Source: Octopus sinensis (taxonomy: Eukaryota). Taken from it: DNA of 64,000 nucleotides. Positions within the stretch are counted from its first letter, which is position 1, and every line of letters starts with the position of its first letter. The translations under genes and the position numbers were made by a program. Below the pieces are notes generated by a model. The model was not told the origin of the DNA. It made no database searches and worked only from the letters and a program-made list of their open reading frames with translations. Shown in pieces: positions 25,690 through 37,743 of this stretch. The DNA lies in contig NC_043004.1 in the NCBI RefSeq assembly GCF_006345805.1, forward strand, positions 11,718,001 through 11,782,000, written 5' to 3'.

Positions 25690-28600
25690 TGAGAGAGTTC
25701 GATGCAGCTGCCCTCATCTGCCCCTCCTGCCGTGAAGTTGGTTCAATCTGGGACACCTGACAGGAAGAGATCCAGCTTCATTTTAAAGACATCTGTATCC
25801 ACCCCATGCAGGTCTCTCAGGTTCTTCGGGAGGATATTGAAGAGCTGTGGGCCTCGGAAGCCCAGGCTATCACAGAATCTTGTCCTACATCTTGATGGCA
25901 GGCTTGGAGTCCTAGGCCACCACGCAGTGGCGCCCAGTTCTGGCATTTGCGTAACTCTCGATGCCAAAGTTCAGGACACTTCCCTCCAGGATCTTCCAGA
26001 TGTATATTATGGCATATCTTTCCCGCCTACGCTCCAGGAATATAATTTAATCTCTTGAGTCTTTCCCAGTAGCTTACATTCTGCTAGAGGCTATCTTCTT
26101 TGTGTAGCTTCGTTGGATCGCCTCAAGTTCTGTGATCAACTTGACACTGGATGGTGACCATAGCTGAGAGCAATAGTCAAAGTGGCTTAGGACAAGTGTC
26201 TTCCAGGACCATCATGGTTTCTTGTTCTCTTGTTCTAAAGGTTCTAAGAATCCATCCAGCCAGCCGTCTACAATTTCATGTCAGTTTAGCAACATGTACA
26301 TGAAGGTCGCGTCATCACTCATGTGAATACCCAGGTCACGGACTGATTGTGCCTCTGGGATTGCAATCCCTCCGGGTCCAGTGTATTCATGGGTATTGCA
26401 TTCAGTTTTGCATGCTGATAGTATAAAGCTTGAAACTTTCCAGCATTGAACTGCATGCTATTCTTTTCAGCCCACTTGTATATTCGTCCAGCTCACTTGC
26501 AGGTGTTTAGTGTCCTCAGGGTTCTGTATTGGCCTGTGAAACTTTTGTATCATCTGCATAACTTGTGATCGTGGCTCTCTGCGTGGCTGAGGGCATGTCT
26601 GAGAGGGCCATTATGAACAGTAGTGGTCCCAGAACAGTGCCCTGCGGAACACCGCTCACTATTTGTGTGTTAATGGAGGTGGCCCCATTGGCTACTACCA
26701 CCTGACTTCTATCCTTCAGAAAGTCATGAAGCCATTCTCCCAGTTTTCCAACTATGTTGAGATCACGCAGTTTGTGACATATCATTCCATGATCGACTTT
26801 ATCAAAGGCCTTTGCAAAGTCGAGATATATCACTTCCACATTTGAGTGGTTGAGCAGCCGTTTCAGTACCCAGTCATAGTGTTGTAGGAGCTGAGTTAAA
26901 CAGCTTCTCCCTGGTCGGAACCATGTTGGGTGTCGGGCAGCAAGTCATTCTCTTCAAGGAAGGTGATCAGCTTCCTTCTGACTATTCGTTCCATGACCTT
27001 GCTGATGTGTGAGGTCAGAGAGATAGGTCTATAGTTCTTGGCTTCCGCTCTGCTACCTCCTTTATGAATGGGGCATATTTTACCTTCCTTCAGTTTTCCT
27101 GGAAGTTTGCCAGCTGCAAGGAAGCTCTGAAAGAGGAACTGCAGTGGTCTTGCTAGGACTCTCTAACATGCTTTTAGGAGGATTGCCGGGAATCCATCGG
27201 GGCCAGTAGCTGAGTCTGTTTTCATTTCATCTATAGCCTTGGTTACATCTTCTTCCTTTATATCGATGTAATCTATCGTCGCCGCCTCTGATTTTATATC
27301 TGCAGTGGTAAAAAAGTCAGTTGGATGGTGATTGGAGATGCCCAGGGGTGGAGTGAAAACACTCTTGAATTGCTCATTCAGTATTTCACTTACCCTCATT
27401 GGTTTTCCTGTAAGTGTGCCATCCTTTTCGAGGAGTGGCCCTATTCTACAGTGCACTGTAGCTGTTTCTTTGGCATACCTGTAGAAAGCTCTGGGGTTAG
27501 ATTTTATGTTTTCTATAGCCCAGGCTTCTTTGTCTGCTCTTTCTTTTTCATTGGGAGAGTTGCAGACATTTTTCGATTTCAACAGTTTTATTTTTAGGCG
27601 GGACTTTTCACTGCTTTCAATCGTTTGTTTAGGCGATTTGAAAATTTCGTACGCCGTCTCATTAAAATTTTCTCTCTTCTGGGGATTTTGTTCTTGTGTA
27701 CAGTGGCCTTTCTCTCTGGGACACATTTGTAGCATATGGCTTGCATTACAGACATGAATTGTTGAAGTTTCACGTCGATGTCTGGCGAGGAGAGACATTT
27801 AGGCCAGTTGTTTGTTGAGGATCTCTTTCTCAATTTGTTTCCAGTTTGCCTTATGGTAGTTCAAGCTGGAAAGATTTTGAGGGTTTCTTGTAGGCTGCAT
27901 GTCGTGCTCTCTTTTGGCCCGTACATGGTCAGCTCTATCATGTTGTGATCCGAGAGTAGTGTCGGTGTCACTTTCACATTATGGATGAGATCCATGTCAT
28001 TTGTGAAGCAGAGATCCAGTGTGTTTCCTGCCCTGGTTGGTTGGAGTATTACCTGCTCCATGTACAGGGGTTGATGAGGTTCAGGAGGGACCTCGCCTGT
28101 CCTCGTTCACATCTTGTCATTCCTGGGAGAGAAAGGCCCTCGGGCCATCTGACATTGGGCAGATTGAAGTCTCCCATAAGAAGCACACCTATGTGTTGTT
28201 CTAATGTGGTTAGAATTTCTTCTATTTATAAGGCAGTCTTCAAACTTGCCCACATGGCTTGGGGCATCTGGAGGGCGATATGTAGCACACACAACTACAT
28301 CAAGTTGCCTAATATGTACAATTAGTGTGTCACACACCGAGTTTGAGTATGACAAGAGGACCTGGGTGTGGAGGTCCTCACGGATGTACATAGCAACACC
28401 TCCATGACTCCTTTCTTCCTGTCGGTCCGTAGTACAGCATACTGTGGTATGTGTAACTCCGCATCTGCTATGTCCGGTTTCAGGTGCGTTTCTGTAAGTG
28501 CTATGCATAAGGCTTGATTGCATGCAACAAAGTCTCTCAGGAACGGGATCTTGTCCTGTTACTGAGTGTTTGCAGTCCTCTGATGTTCAGTAGGAGTATC
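25690..28600 (-). pseudogene. LINE ORF2 (APE endonuclease plus reverse transcriptase), frameshifted in this assembly
   Basis: ILLLNIRGL, ALTETHL, HGGVAMYI, YRPP, MGDFN, TLDL, SDH (APE); ATGPDG, KNYRPISLTS, QHG, YLDFAKAFDKVDH, GVPQGTVLGPLLF, YADD, YWERLKRL, GPQLFNILP (RT and C-terminus). Confidence 0.95.
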
Positions 28601-28783
28601 GAGGTGAGGTGTACGTTGTTGCCGGCGGTGTGTCCATCCTGTGTCTGTTTGCTGTGGTTGTCTGGTATATGTGGGTAGTCCCACCTGCGGGCTTGGGTTT
28701 GATGAAGCCAGGTCAGCTGCTGTACAATCTTTTGTGCCATGCACAAAAAAGATTGTTGCTCAGCAGCTGCTCTTTCGACAACA

Positions 28784-29230
28784 TCATGGGCTGTTTGTGG
28801 CGCGCACAACATCTGCGTACCTCCGCTTTGGGGCAGGTGGTGCGTATATAGTCATCCTTTTCTTGTGTTGATGGTTTTCCATCTGCCTCGTGTCTCTGTG
28901 GCAGGGTCCACGATGTGCAAAGCGGCAGCCTGCACCTTCCTTTCCGTGCCAGCAGGAACTCTCAGGTAGAACATACACCACCCGTGTGCGCTGTTTGGTT
29001 CCATCCTTTGCGGTTCCACTTCTATTCCTGGGTGTTTCACTCTTGGTCCTGCTTGAGCTTTTTCTTTTCCTTTAGCTCTTCCAGTCCTTCTTTTAGTTCT
29101 TCTTCCTCCCTCTACCTCTTCACCGGGTTCTCCGTCTCCATGGCCTTTGCTGCCGGTTGGAGAACTTGCACCTGGGTTCACTTCCTGGGCAGGTTTCTCA
29201 TTCAAAACCTCCTCCTGGGCGTCCACCAGG
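28784..29230 (-). pseudogene. LINE ORF1 remnant with a CCCH-type zinc finger
   Basis: Joining ORFs 28852-29409 and 28784-28981 across one frameshift gives CMFYLR(G)SCWHGKEGAGCRFAH (C-x7-C-x8-C-x3-H) at 28913-28977. Confidence 0.65.
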
Positions 29231-29446
29231 TGGGGGTAACATACATACATAAATGCATACATACATATATTCATACATACATACATACATACATACATAC
29301 ATACATACATACATACATACATACATACATACATACATACACATACATGCATACATACGTACGTACATAAAAACATAAATACATACATATATTGAAAGAC
29401 TCGGAACATCCTGAAATCTCGGAAAAATCACTCACTAGGCATCCCA

Positions 29447-29501
29447 GAACGTCTGCAGCTGGGCCAATCTTTGGTCGAAACATATATAAATTATGTAAGT
29501 T
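29447..29501 (+). ncRNA. Strongly degenerate hammerhead-like motif
   Basis: AACGT-CTGCAGC-TG-GGCCAA-TCT-TTGGTC-GAA-ACATA-TATAAAT-TATGT-A-AGTT: stems II and III pair and a GUA triplet is present, but two core positions deviate. Confidence 0.25.
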
Positions 29502-29552
29502 ATTATATATATTATATATACATATATATGTAATCTAAGTTTATATATATAT

Positions 29553-29585
<33 letters not shown>

Positions 29586-30314
29586 CTATATATATATATA
29601 TGTATAAGTATATATATATATTGGATATGTAATGTTGTATGTATATAATATATATAATATATATATATATAATATATATATATATGCATATGTAGATGCA
29701 TATTTAGATACATATAAATATACATATATATATTCACATATAATATATGCATACATATGTCTATATATGCAGACGTCTATGTATATGCGTTCACGTGTGA
29801 GTATCTATCTAGCAAGCTATCTCTCTATACATGCTTGTACGTGTGCCTGTGTGTGCGTATATGTGTGTGTGAATGTTTATGCACATACATATATATACAT
29901 ATATATATATATATATACATATATATTTATATATGTGTGTGTATATATATATTGATTGAGTGAGTGAGTGAATGGGATCTATTTAAAGATCGAAGCACAT
30001 TAAAGTGAAGTATACCACACTTTGTGGCTAGACTGCATGGTACAACTCAAGTGATAAACAATCCATTCCATTACTGAAGTGTTCAGCGATGAAGGGAAGG
30101 TCATTGGTGGCTGGTAATCCGCAAAATCCAAGGCTATCCAAAATAGTGTGGGACATTCAACATGGCGCCAAATGATAATAAAAAAGAAAACATGAAACAT
30201 AGAGGAATTGATTATATTGTCTCACAACAATGTTTCATTCAAAGACTATATTGTGACGTAACAGCATAATACATTCAGTTATGTAAGACATCTATAAGAT
30301 TATGCAGTACAGTA

Positions 30315-30780
30315 CGGTGGTGGTGGTCGTCGTCGTCTCATTGTCGTGGTGGTCATCGTTGTGGTCGTCGTGGTCGTGGTGCTGGTGGTAGTGGTCGTGG
30401 TCATGGTGGTGGTGGTGGTGGTTGTGATGGTCGTTGTGGTGGTGGTCGTGCTCGTGCTCATGGAGGTGGTGGGAGTGGGGGTGGTCGTCGTCGTCGTCGT
30501 CGTCGTCTCGTGGTAGTGGTAGTGGTGGTCGTGGTCGTGGTAGAGGTCGTGGTCGTGGTCATGGTGGTGGAGGTGGTGGTTTTGGTGGTGGTTGTGGTGG
30601 TCGTCGTGGTTGTGTTCGTGGAGGTGGTGGGAGTGGGGATGGTGCTTGTGGTGGTGGTCGTCGTCGTCATCGTCGTCTTCTTGTTCGTCGTCGTCGTCGT
30701 GGTAGTGGTTGTGGCCCTGGTGGTAGTGGAGGTGGTGGTTGTAGTGGTGGTGGTTGCGGTGGTAGTGGTGATGGTGGAAG
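30315..30780. repeat. Compound (GGT)/(CGT) trinucleotide field
   Basis: Direct inspection. Confidence 0.95.
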
Positions 30781-31463
30781 ATTGTGTTGGTAGCGTACCT
30801 TACGATGTCGGTCACAGTCTCCCCGTTATATTTTCATAGGAACCACCGGCACTCATCTGATCAACTATTAATTAATTCCTTTATATTTTCACAACTATGT
30901 ACTTTAATGCGGACAAACCCGAGTTCTGTTAATAAAGAGAACTATGTATTTATAATTCTTACTACCATCAATAGTTAAGCTTCATTGTATTATAGTCAAA
31001 GGATCATTTTTTATTGCCTAAATGTATACATATGTCGATAGAAACATTTTTAAAGTGATATTCAGTAAGCTCTATATCATTTTCGCTTTGTTTGTACCTG
31101 CAAAGCATACCTGAACTCAATCAACCAATGAGTGATCCAATAGACTTCTATTTGGTTTCTCTATTATGAGAGAAAAACATGAAGCGTTAATTCCTTTATT
31201 TCACATTTTAGATATATTTTTGTGTTCGATAATCGATGACGTCATATTATAAATGCAATTTCTGAAAGCATTTGTTGATTGTGACCGATAACATTCAGAT
31301 GTATATTAGTGTTGTTGTAACTGCATAGATGAGAAGAGAATTCCGTATCCATGCTGGAAAAGTTTTCTTCTCTTTATGCTGTTATGTTGTTCGTCTTAAA
31401 ATTTTTTCAAATTAAATATTTTAAAATGACCCACTCTACAAACAAAAATGCTTATTTCAAGTA

Positions 31464-32003
31464 CAGTGATCCCTCGACTATCATGGGTGTTACATTCCAG
31501 CCCCCACACACCCTGCAATATGTGGAAATCCGCGAAGTAGAAACAGTACTGTACTGTATATATTTATACATATATATATATATATATATCATTTTTATTA
31601 TTTGTATTTATTTATTTTATTATAAATGCAAAACAACATTACGCATTCGCCTCCCGAGTTTCGTCTTCCATACAGTATGGGCGATTCTTTTTTACTCATG
31701 TGCGGTACACTACGTATTTTAAAAAAATATATTTTGATTAGTGTGTTATACAGTAGTACTGTATTTTTATTTATTAATTTATTAATTTTTAGGCGTGAAA
31801 ATTCTTATTTTACCACAGAAAGAATTAAAATCTAAAAATATATAACTGCCTATCGGCCACAGAAACCCGCGATATACTGATGAGTCCGCGATATAAATTT
31901 ACATATTAACCAGGAAAATCCGCGATGTACTGAGTGCGTGATAGGTGAACCGTGATGTACCGAGTGCGCGATAGGTGAACCGCGATATCGTGAGGAATTA
32001 CTG
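31464..32003. mobile_element. Tigger/pogo-like MITE (Tc1/mariner superfamily)
   Basis: TA|CAGTGATCCCTCGAC... at the left and ...GTGAGGAATTACTG|TA at the right (imperfect TIRs, TA flanks); 30-nt tandem duplication at about 31927-31986. Confidence 0.75.
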
Positions 32004-32064
32004 TATTCCCTGTAACTTACACGGAATACAGTAAGTTACAGGGAATACAGTTACGTGTAAGTTA

Positions 32065-32985
32065 CAGGGAAATGTTATGCCGAATATTTTGATTCTTATT
32101 ATTGTGTTTATGAATATTAATGTTGTTCTATGTGCAATGTTACCTACATTTGAAAGCACTATCTTTTAATGAATAATCGTAATGAGGAATACCATGATCA
32201 AAGGTTTCTGAATCAGATTTTAATCTTGATATGCGTTTGCTAATGGTAACAAGCACGGATTACTACAGTACGGTTGAATCTCATATTAATATGCAGCAAT
32301 TTCTCTTTAACTATAAGAGAAACATTTACCATTATCTACATATAGAATTGTATCCGAGAAAGTAACTAGGCTTAGATGGGTATCAACGGTGATCTTTAAA
32401 TCTAACTTGTTGTATGCATTGACGAACTCGTTTCTAACAGCATCCATTATGTAGTCATTAATAATTTGCAAATTGTGTAGTCCATGAGCATGATAAAGCC
32501 CGATCTACGTGAAATGGAATTGTTTGATGAAATAAGTCTAAAAGCACAATCCTATTACATGACAATTAATAGGATCCAGTGGTTATATCAAACAATTCCA
32601 AGCCATTATATTTAAGCCACAGAGAATTCTTGTATAAATAACAAAGGTTTTCGACTGAGCATAACAATATTGATATCCGAACTACTAATTGGTGTAAAAC
32701 CTTTACCGAATTCTAATACATTGTTTTTAAGAAGAGACGTAGTTGGATAGAGTTCTAATGTAACGAAAAGCATGCATTTGCGTATGTGATTGCTATCGTT
32801 ATTAATCAACAACTTGATAACAGGTAAACAATTGTTCCATAGCGGGAGAGAAATCACCTGTTTTATATTTAAATTGATGAAATCTAAAGTACTGAATCCA
32901 CCTGTCAAACATTTTCCCAATTTATTGATCTGCATTTTGTGTTGGCAACGAAGTTTAACGTTATGAATATAAAACTGTTGCATTT
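32065..32985 (-). pseudogene. Penelope-like element reverse transcriptase remnant
   Basis: Across frames: LELYPT...ISSSDINIVMLSRKPLLF, KNSLWLK...LFDITTGSY, IGLYHAHGL (decayed GLYRDDGL), LKITVDTHLSLVTFSDTILYVDNG, TISKRISRLKSDSETFDHGIPHY...IRHNIS; typical PLE RT order. Confidence 0.8.
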
Positions 32986-33234
32986 TATATTCATGTTCTA
33001 ATATATCGGCTATTTTTAACTTTACATGTGAATTAATAGCAAGCTACGTGGACAAGTGATGCAGTTGATTTCCTTATAGCTAATGAAGACATAGTTGAAT
33101 AGTTGAAATACTGTTGCACGACTATCGCTATCGTACGTGTGTGTGTGTGTGTGTGTGAGTGTGTCCATTTCTTTTCCTACGCTTTGAATACTTCATGCCT
33201 TCTAGCTAAGCTCTTTCCTTTCCTGGTTCAAAAA

Positions 33235-33556
33235 AGACTCCGCCGGTTACGACGACGAGGGTCCCAGCTGATACGATCAACGGAACAGCTTGCTCGTGAA
33301 ATTAACGTGCAAATGGCTGAGCATTCCACAGACACGTGTACCCTTAACGTAGTTCTCGGGGATAATCAGCGTGACACAGAGAGTGACGAGGCTGACCCTT
33401 TGAAATACAAGTACAACTCATTTTTGACAGCTGAGTGGACTGGAGCAACGTGAAATAAAGTGTCTTGCTCAAGGACACAACGCGTCGCCGGGAATCGAAC
33501 TCACAACCTTACGATCATGAGCCGAATGCCCTAACCACTAAGCCACGCGCCCTCAC
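33235..33556 (-). mobile_element. SINE family C (tRNA-derived head, CORE-like box)
   Basis: GGGCGCGTGGCTTAGTGGTTAGG...GAGTTCGATTCC then GTGTCCTTGAGCAAGACACTT; a second decayed piece lies at about 59705-59800. Confidence 0.85.
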
Positions 33557-34046
33557 TCCTTTCCTGGTAGGTTGGTTCTGTTGATATATCCTAGTCATAA
33601 TTATATAAAGAATGAATTCTACTGCATCATTCATATTTTGAATAACATCAACTGAAGTTGATGTTACGTAAAAGATGAATTCCTTGTCCTCTTTTGCATA
33701 AGGATTTGAAACACGTGTATTAAATTCATTCATAATATCAATATTTGGCTTGACTTTATTATCTTATGTTACACGATTTCAGGCCATTACAAGCTATCTA
33801 GTCCTTACTTAGTTTAAACGGGTACCTTAACAAGGTCTTATTAGACGCGAGTTGAAAACTTCTAGTCAAGTACATCGCTTCCAAGCATAGAAAATGTATG
33901 TATGTATGTATGTATGCAGTAGGTAGGTAGGTAGGTAGGTAGGTAGGTAGGTAGGTAGGTAGGTAGGTATGTAGGTAGCTAGGTAGGTAAGCAGATAGAT
34001 AGATAGAGATAGATAGAGAGAGAGAGAGAGAGAGATAAAGGTATAT

Positions 34047-34260
34047 GAAAAAATGAATAATAATGACTTTTCTGATAATTTTTCCACTTTAATAATTAGA
34101 TGTTTGTAAATTATTAGGTGTTTAAAATGGTGACTCAATGAGTCTCCCGAGAGAGAAACACTCTACATTCATGATTTGTAAACACCTAAATCATTTAGAA
34201 ACATCTAATTATCAAAGTGGAAAGACTATCAGAAAAGTCATTTCCATTTTTATTTTTTTC
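34047..34260. repeat. About 215-nt foldback (about 80-nt arms)
   Basis: AATGACTTTTCTGATA..TTTCCACTTT.ATAATTAGATGTTT.TAAAT pairs with its reverse complement at about 34190-34242. Confidence 0.85.
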
Positions 34261-34372
34261 AAATATATAATAATATACCAAGGACTTGCTATTTCTTATT
34301 CTACTCTCTCTCTCTCCCACACACACTCTTTCTCTCTCTCTCTCTCTCATACACACTCATATATAAATAATC

Positions 34373-34882
34373 GTCACTAAATGTGACTAGGGTGATATAA
34401 ACACCTACACTACTCGAAATAAGAGCTAAAATGCTCTATTGCTATAGAACAGTACATTATGTGTTTTTGTGTGTGTTTCTGTGAGTTGTTTGTGTGTGTG
34501 TATGTGTGTCAGTGTAAGTGTATGTGTGCCTGTGTCTGTGTGTGTACACACCGTGTATTGTCGGACAAATTATAAAGGAGTACTCAATGCAGGCTCTGGA
34601 GTATATAGTTTTGTCGTTGCTTATTTATCGTGGTCTGGGAACTCCCTGTTGCATGAAATATTATCAGGAAGAAATATCAATGGCGTGGCCTTATTTATTG
34701 CCAATTAGAACTTAATAGTATCAGTATCAGTATATGATAGAGGCTGTAATCGTTCGAGAATTCCTTATCCCTGTCAGTATATATATGTATACAATTATGT
34801 GCGTTAACTACAGCATTAAGGCATTTTAGCTCTTATTTCTAGCAATGTAGGTTTTTCGAACATCCTAGTCACATTTAGTGAC
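34373..34882. mobile_element. Element bounded by about 65-nt inverted repeats (MITE-like)
   Basis: GTCACTAAATGTGACTAGG...GAAATAAGAGCTAAAATGC at the left; its reverse complement at about 34820-34882. Confidence 0.7.
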
Positions 34883-34989
34883 AATTGTGGTTTTCCTTTT
34901 TGGTGAAATCTTGCAAACTACTGACTACATTAATTTTCTTTGTCAGACTCAGTATATATATATGTATATATATATATATATAAGGATAT

Positions 34990-35622
34990 TAGCGGTAGAA
35001 AATTTAGAAAAATATTCATACCGGTGCTAGCATGCGAAATAAAGTCAATAGATAACATATTTTCATATATAATAATATAGAAACAATTTACGTATTTTAC
35101 GTATTTATACACGAAAGAGGTGACCTTTAACAGGACACCTTACATGCTAGAAAGGGCAGTTAAAACCCAAACCACGAATAAGAGCAATTTCAAAGGGAAT
35201 GAAAATAAGAAATATTTTTGTAGTTACTCTCAGACTCGAGTTTCTGTATTAATGTGTAAAATAAATTTAGTTGCCATCTGTAGTTCTTCAATGAGGGCAC
35301 TAAAATTATTGCATATTTATGCAGCAAATTGCACGGAAAATACACACGCAAAATACTTTTACATTATATTTTCGAATCCACCGCGCAAGCGCAGTTACAT
35401 TCGGCAGCAAATAGTAATACATTTTAAACTGCATACCAGAAAGGCTTCGAAAATTTTACTATGAAAATAATAAGGGTAGAAAATTTAGAAAAATTTTCAT
35501 TCAGGTAGCTAGCATGAATAATAAAGTCAATAGACAACATATTTTCATATATAATGGTGTACAAACAATTTACGTATTTATACACGAAAGAGATGACCTT
35601 TAGGAGGGGACCTTACATGATG
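34990..35622. repeat. Pair of about 155-nt direct repeats about 480 nt apart
   Basis: GGTAGAAAATTTAGAAAAAT...AATAAAGTCAATAGA.AACATATTTTCATATATAAT...TATACACGAAAGAG.TGACCTTTA at about 34995 and about 35475. Confidence 0.8.
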
Positions 35623-35714
35623 AATACCATTATTATTATTTACAGAATTGTAAAACTCGACACTACTTCACAAAACCATTCGCACCGAAAGCATACCTAT
35701 GTGTGTGTGTGTAT

Positions 35715-35905
35715 TTGTGTCTTTGTGTTTGTTCCCTCACCATCACTCGATACCTATGTTGGTGTGTTTACATCCCTGTAACTTAGTGGTTCGGCAAAAG
35801 GGTGCAGTAGAATGAGTACTACGCTTACAAAAGATTAAGTCCTGCGGTCGATTTGTTCGACAAAAGGCGGTGCTCCAGCATCGCCGCAGTCAAATGACTG
35901 AAACA
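35715..35905 (+). mobile_element. SINE family A 3' half
   Basis: Ends GGCGGTGCTCCAGCATCGCCGCAGTCAAATGACTGAAAC. Confidence 0.85.
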
Positions 35906-36532
35906 AATATATATATCTCCTCCTCCCCCATTCCCGTCGTCCATCTGCGACGATACTTCCGTCGTAACTGCTATCCTGTCTTTTCTCGCCCGCCTTCTAA
36001 GGCTACTGGTCGACATTCTTTCTCTCTCGTCGTCCACTATAATCCAGCGTTTGCAATACTTTTTTCGTCTGGCGTTAACAGCCCTTCTTATCTTGTTCTC
36101 CTTGTCCTGTCTCTCACTGTTATATATTTATTTTTCCACTGTTTATATATATATTTTTTACTGTTTATATGTTTGTACTGTCGTTACCGTCTTGCTTTTT
36201 TTACCCCTCTGCGAAAAGATCTCAGAATTTTAATTGATTTGCTTTTCGCAGGAAGGAAGTTTTCTTCGAAGTATACGTCTCGCTTTTATCCTTCGAAACG
36301 TTTAGTAGATGAAACCTTAGCGACTGAAGAAGGGGATTTTTCGTTGTGCTTATTGTCCTGTATCTCTCCCTTTTTTTTGCTTGTCTTGTTCCTTGGTTTG
36401 TGTCTATGTGTTTCGTCTCTCTATGTGTTCGACGTCTTTTTGGTGTCCTGTACACATATATGCGTGTATATGTACATGTAGAGGTAGGTACGTACATATA
36501 TGTTTATATATATGCATATGTTCTACTTTATT

Positions 36533-36604
<72 letters not shown>

Positions 36605-37305
36605 TATATATATACATATATATATATAAATGCTAGAATAAGAAATACGTACTTGGTAGTTTTTTCTTGTTAGGCTATTGATATAATTTTATAGAACAGT
36701 GTTCAAAGTAGTCCATTTACCGAGGCGAACGTAGAGGCTGTTTAGCGGCAAAAATACGTTAAATTCACGTTTCATTTCTTTATGCGAGGCGCAAAAATTT
36801 TCGTCGCAAAAATGTGACGGTCACCTGACCCGGACATTTCGACTGTAACTACTCGCAATGAACTTAACGCCAATTAACTACACTCCTCTAGTTTGCTTTA
36901 TCTTCATTCTGCATTGAACTAACGGACATGTGGATCTCGTGTATTCCGTTGTACTCCTAACATCTATCATCGTACTTAACTCCGGGTTACGTTCTATAGT
37001 CTGTTTAAAATTATATTTTCATGTATCGTTTATTTCATTTTCCTCTCACTTTTATTTTCTCGTCTTTTTTTTTATTTTCTCGTCTTTTTTTTTATTTTCC
37101 CATTCCACATTTTCTTTTCCGTCTTTTCTTTCTCTGCGTTATTTGATAGGTGGTTTATAATTTATGCCTAATCAAGAAAATTGTAACTAAGTACGTATAA
37201 CGAAGCGCAAAATGTATATACGCATAAACGCACGCAATTATTTATGTATACATACATACATGCATACATATACACACACAAAAGCATACACATATATGCG
37301 TGTAT

Positions 37306-37354
<49 letters not shown>

Positions 37355-37707
37355 TATATATATATTATATATATATATAATATATATTATATATATATAT
37401 ATATATATAATATATATATATATGTATGTATAAGTATATGTATATATATACATATGCGCGCGTTCGAGTGTGTGTATACACAGAGAGAGTGGGGAGATAA
37501 AGAGACAATATATAAACAAAATATTTCCCTATACATAAATACACATGTGTATACACATCATATCTTACTAAGTATAAAGTATAAACAACTATACATGTAT
37601 ATACATGTACATATGTATATACACAGACAAACACGCATATACATATATATATATGTGTGCATACACACGTATATATATGGACGTATATTGTTCTCTCTCA
37701 CTATATA

Positions 37708-37743
<36 letters not shown>

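Larger units (their letters stand above)
25567..29235 (-). mobile_element. CR1/L2-group non-LTR retrotransposon (LINE), about 3.7 kb, probably 5'-truncated within ORF1, ending in (AATC)n
   Basis: APE and RT motifs in the correct order, a short 3' UTR and a tetranucleotide tail at 25567-25586; no TSD detectable because both flanks are microsatellites. Confidence 0.95.

Noticed and set aside
30000-30300. Unique-looking segment with a 66-aa ORF and an AACATGGCG start-like motif
   Set aside because: No recognisable protein in any frame and no adequate splice donor.
30300-30839. His/Asp/Thr-rich and Gly/Arg-rich ORFs
   Set aside because: Compound (GGT)/(CGT) microsatellite.
33484-33556. tRNA-Met(CAT)-like gene on the minus strand
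   Set aside because: T-stem and anticodon stem are mispaired and it continues directly into a SINE CORE-like body; it is a SINE head.
36240-36340. CTGAAGA and CGAAAC words suggesting another hammerhead
   Set aside because: Could not build consistent stems I-III in any topology.
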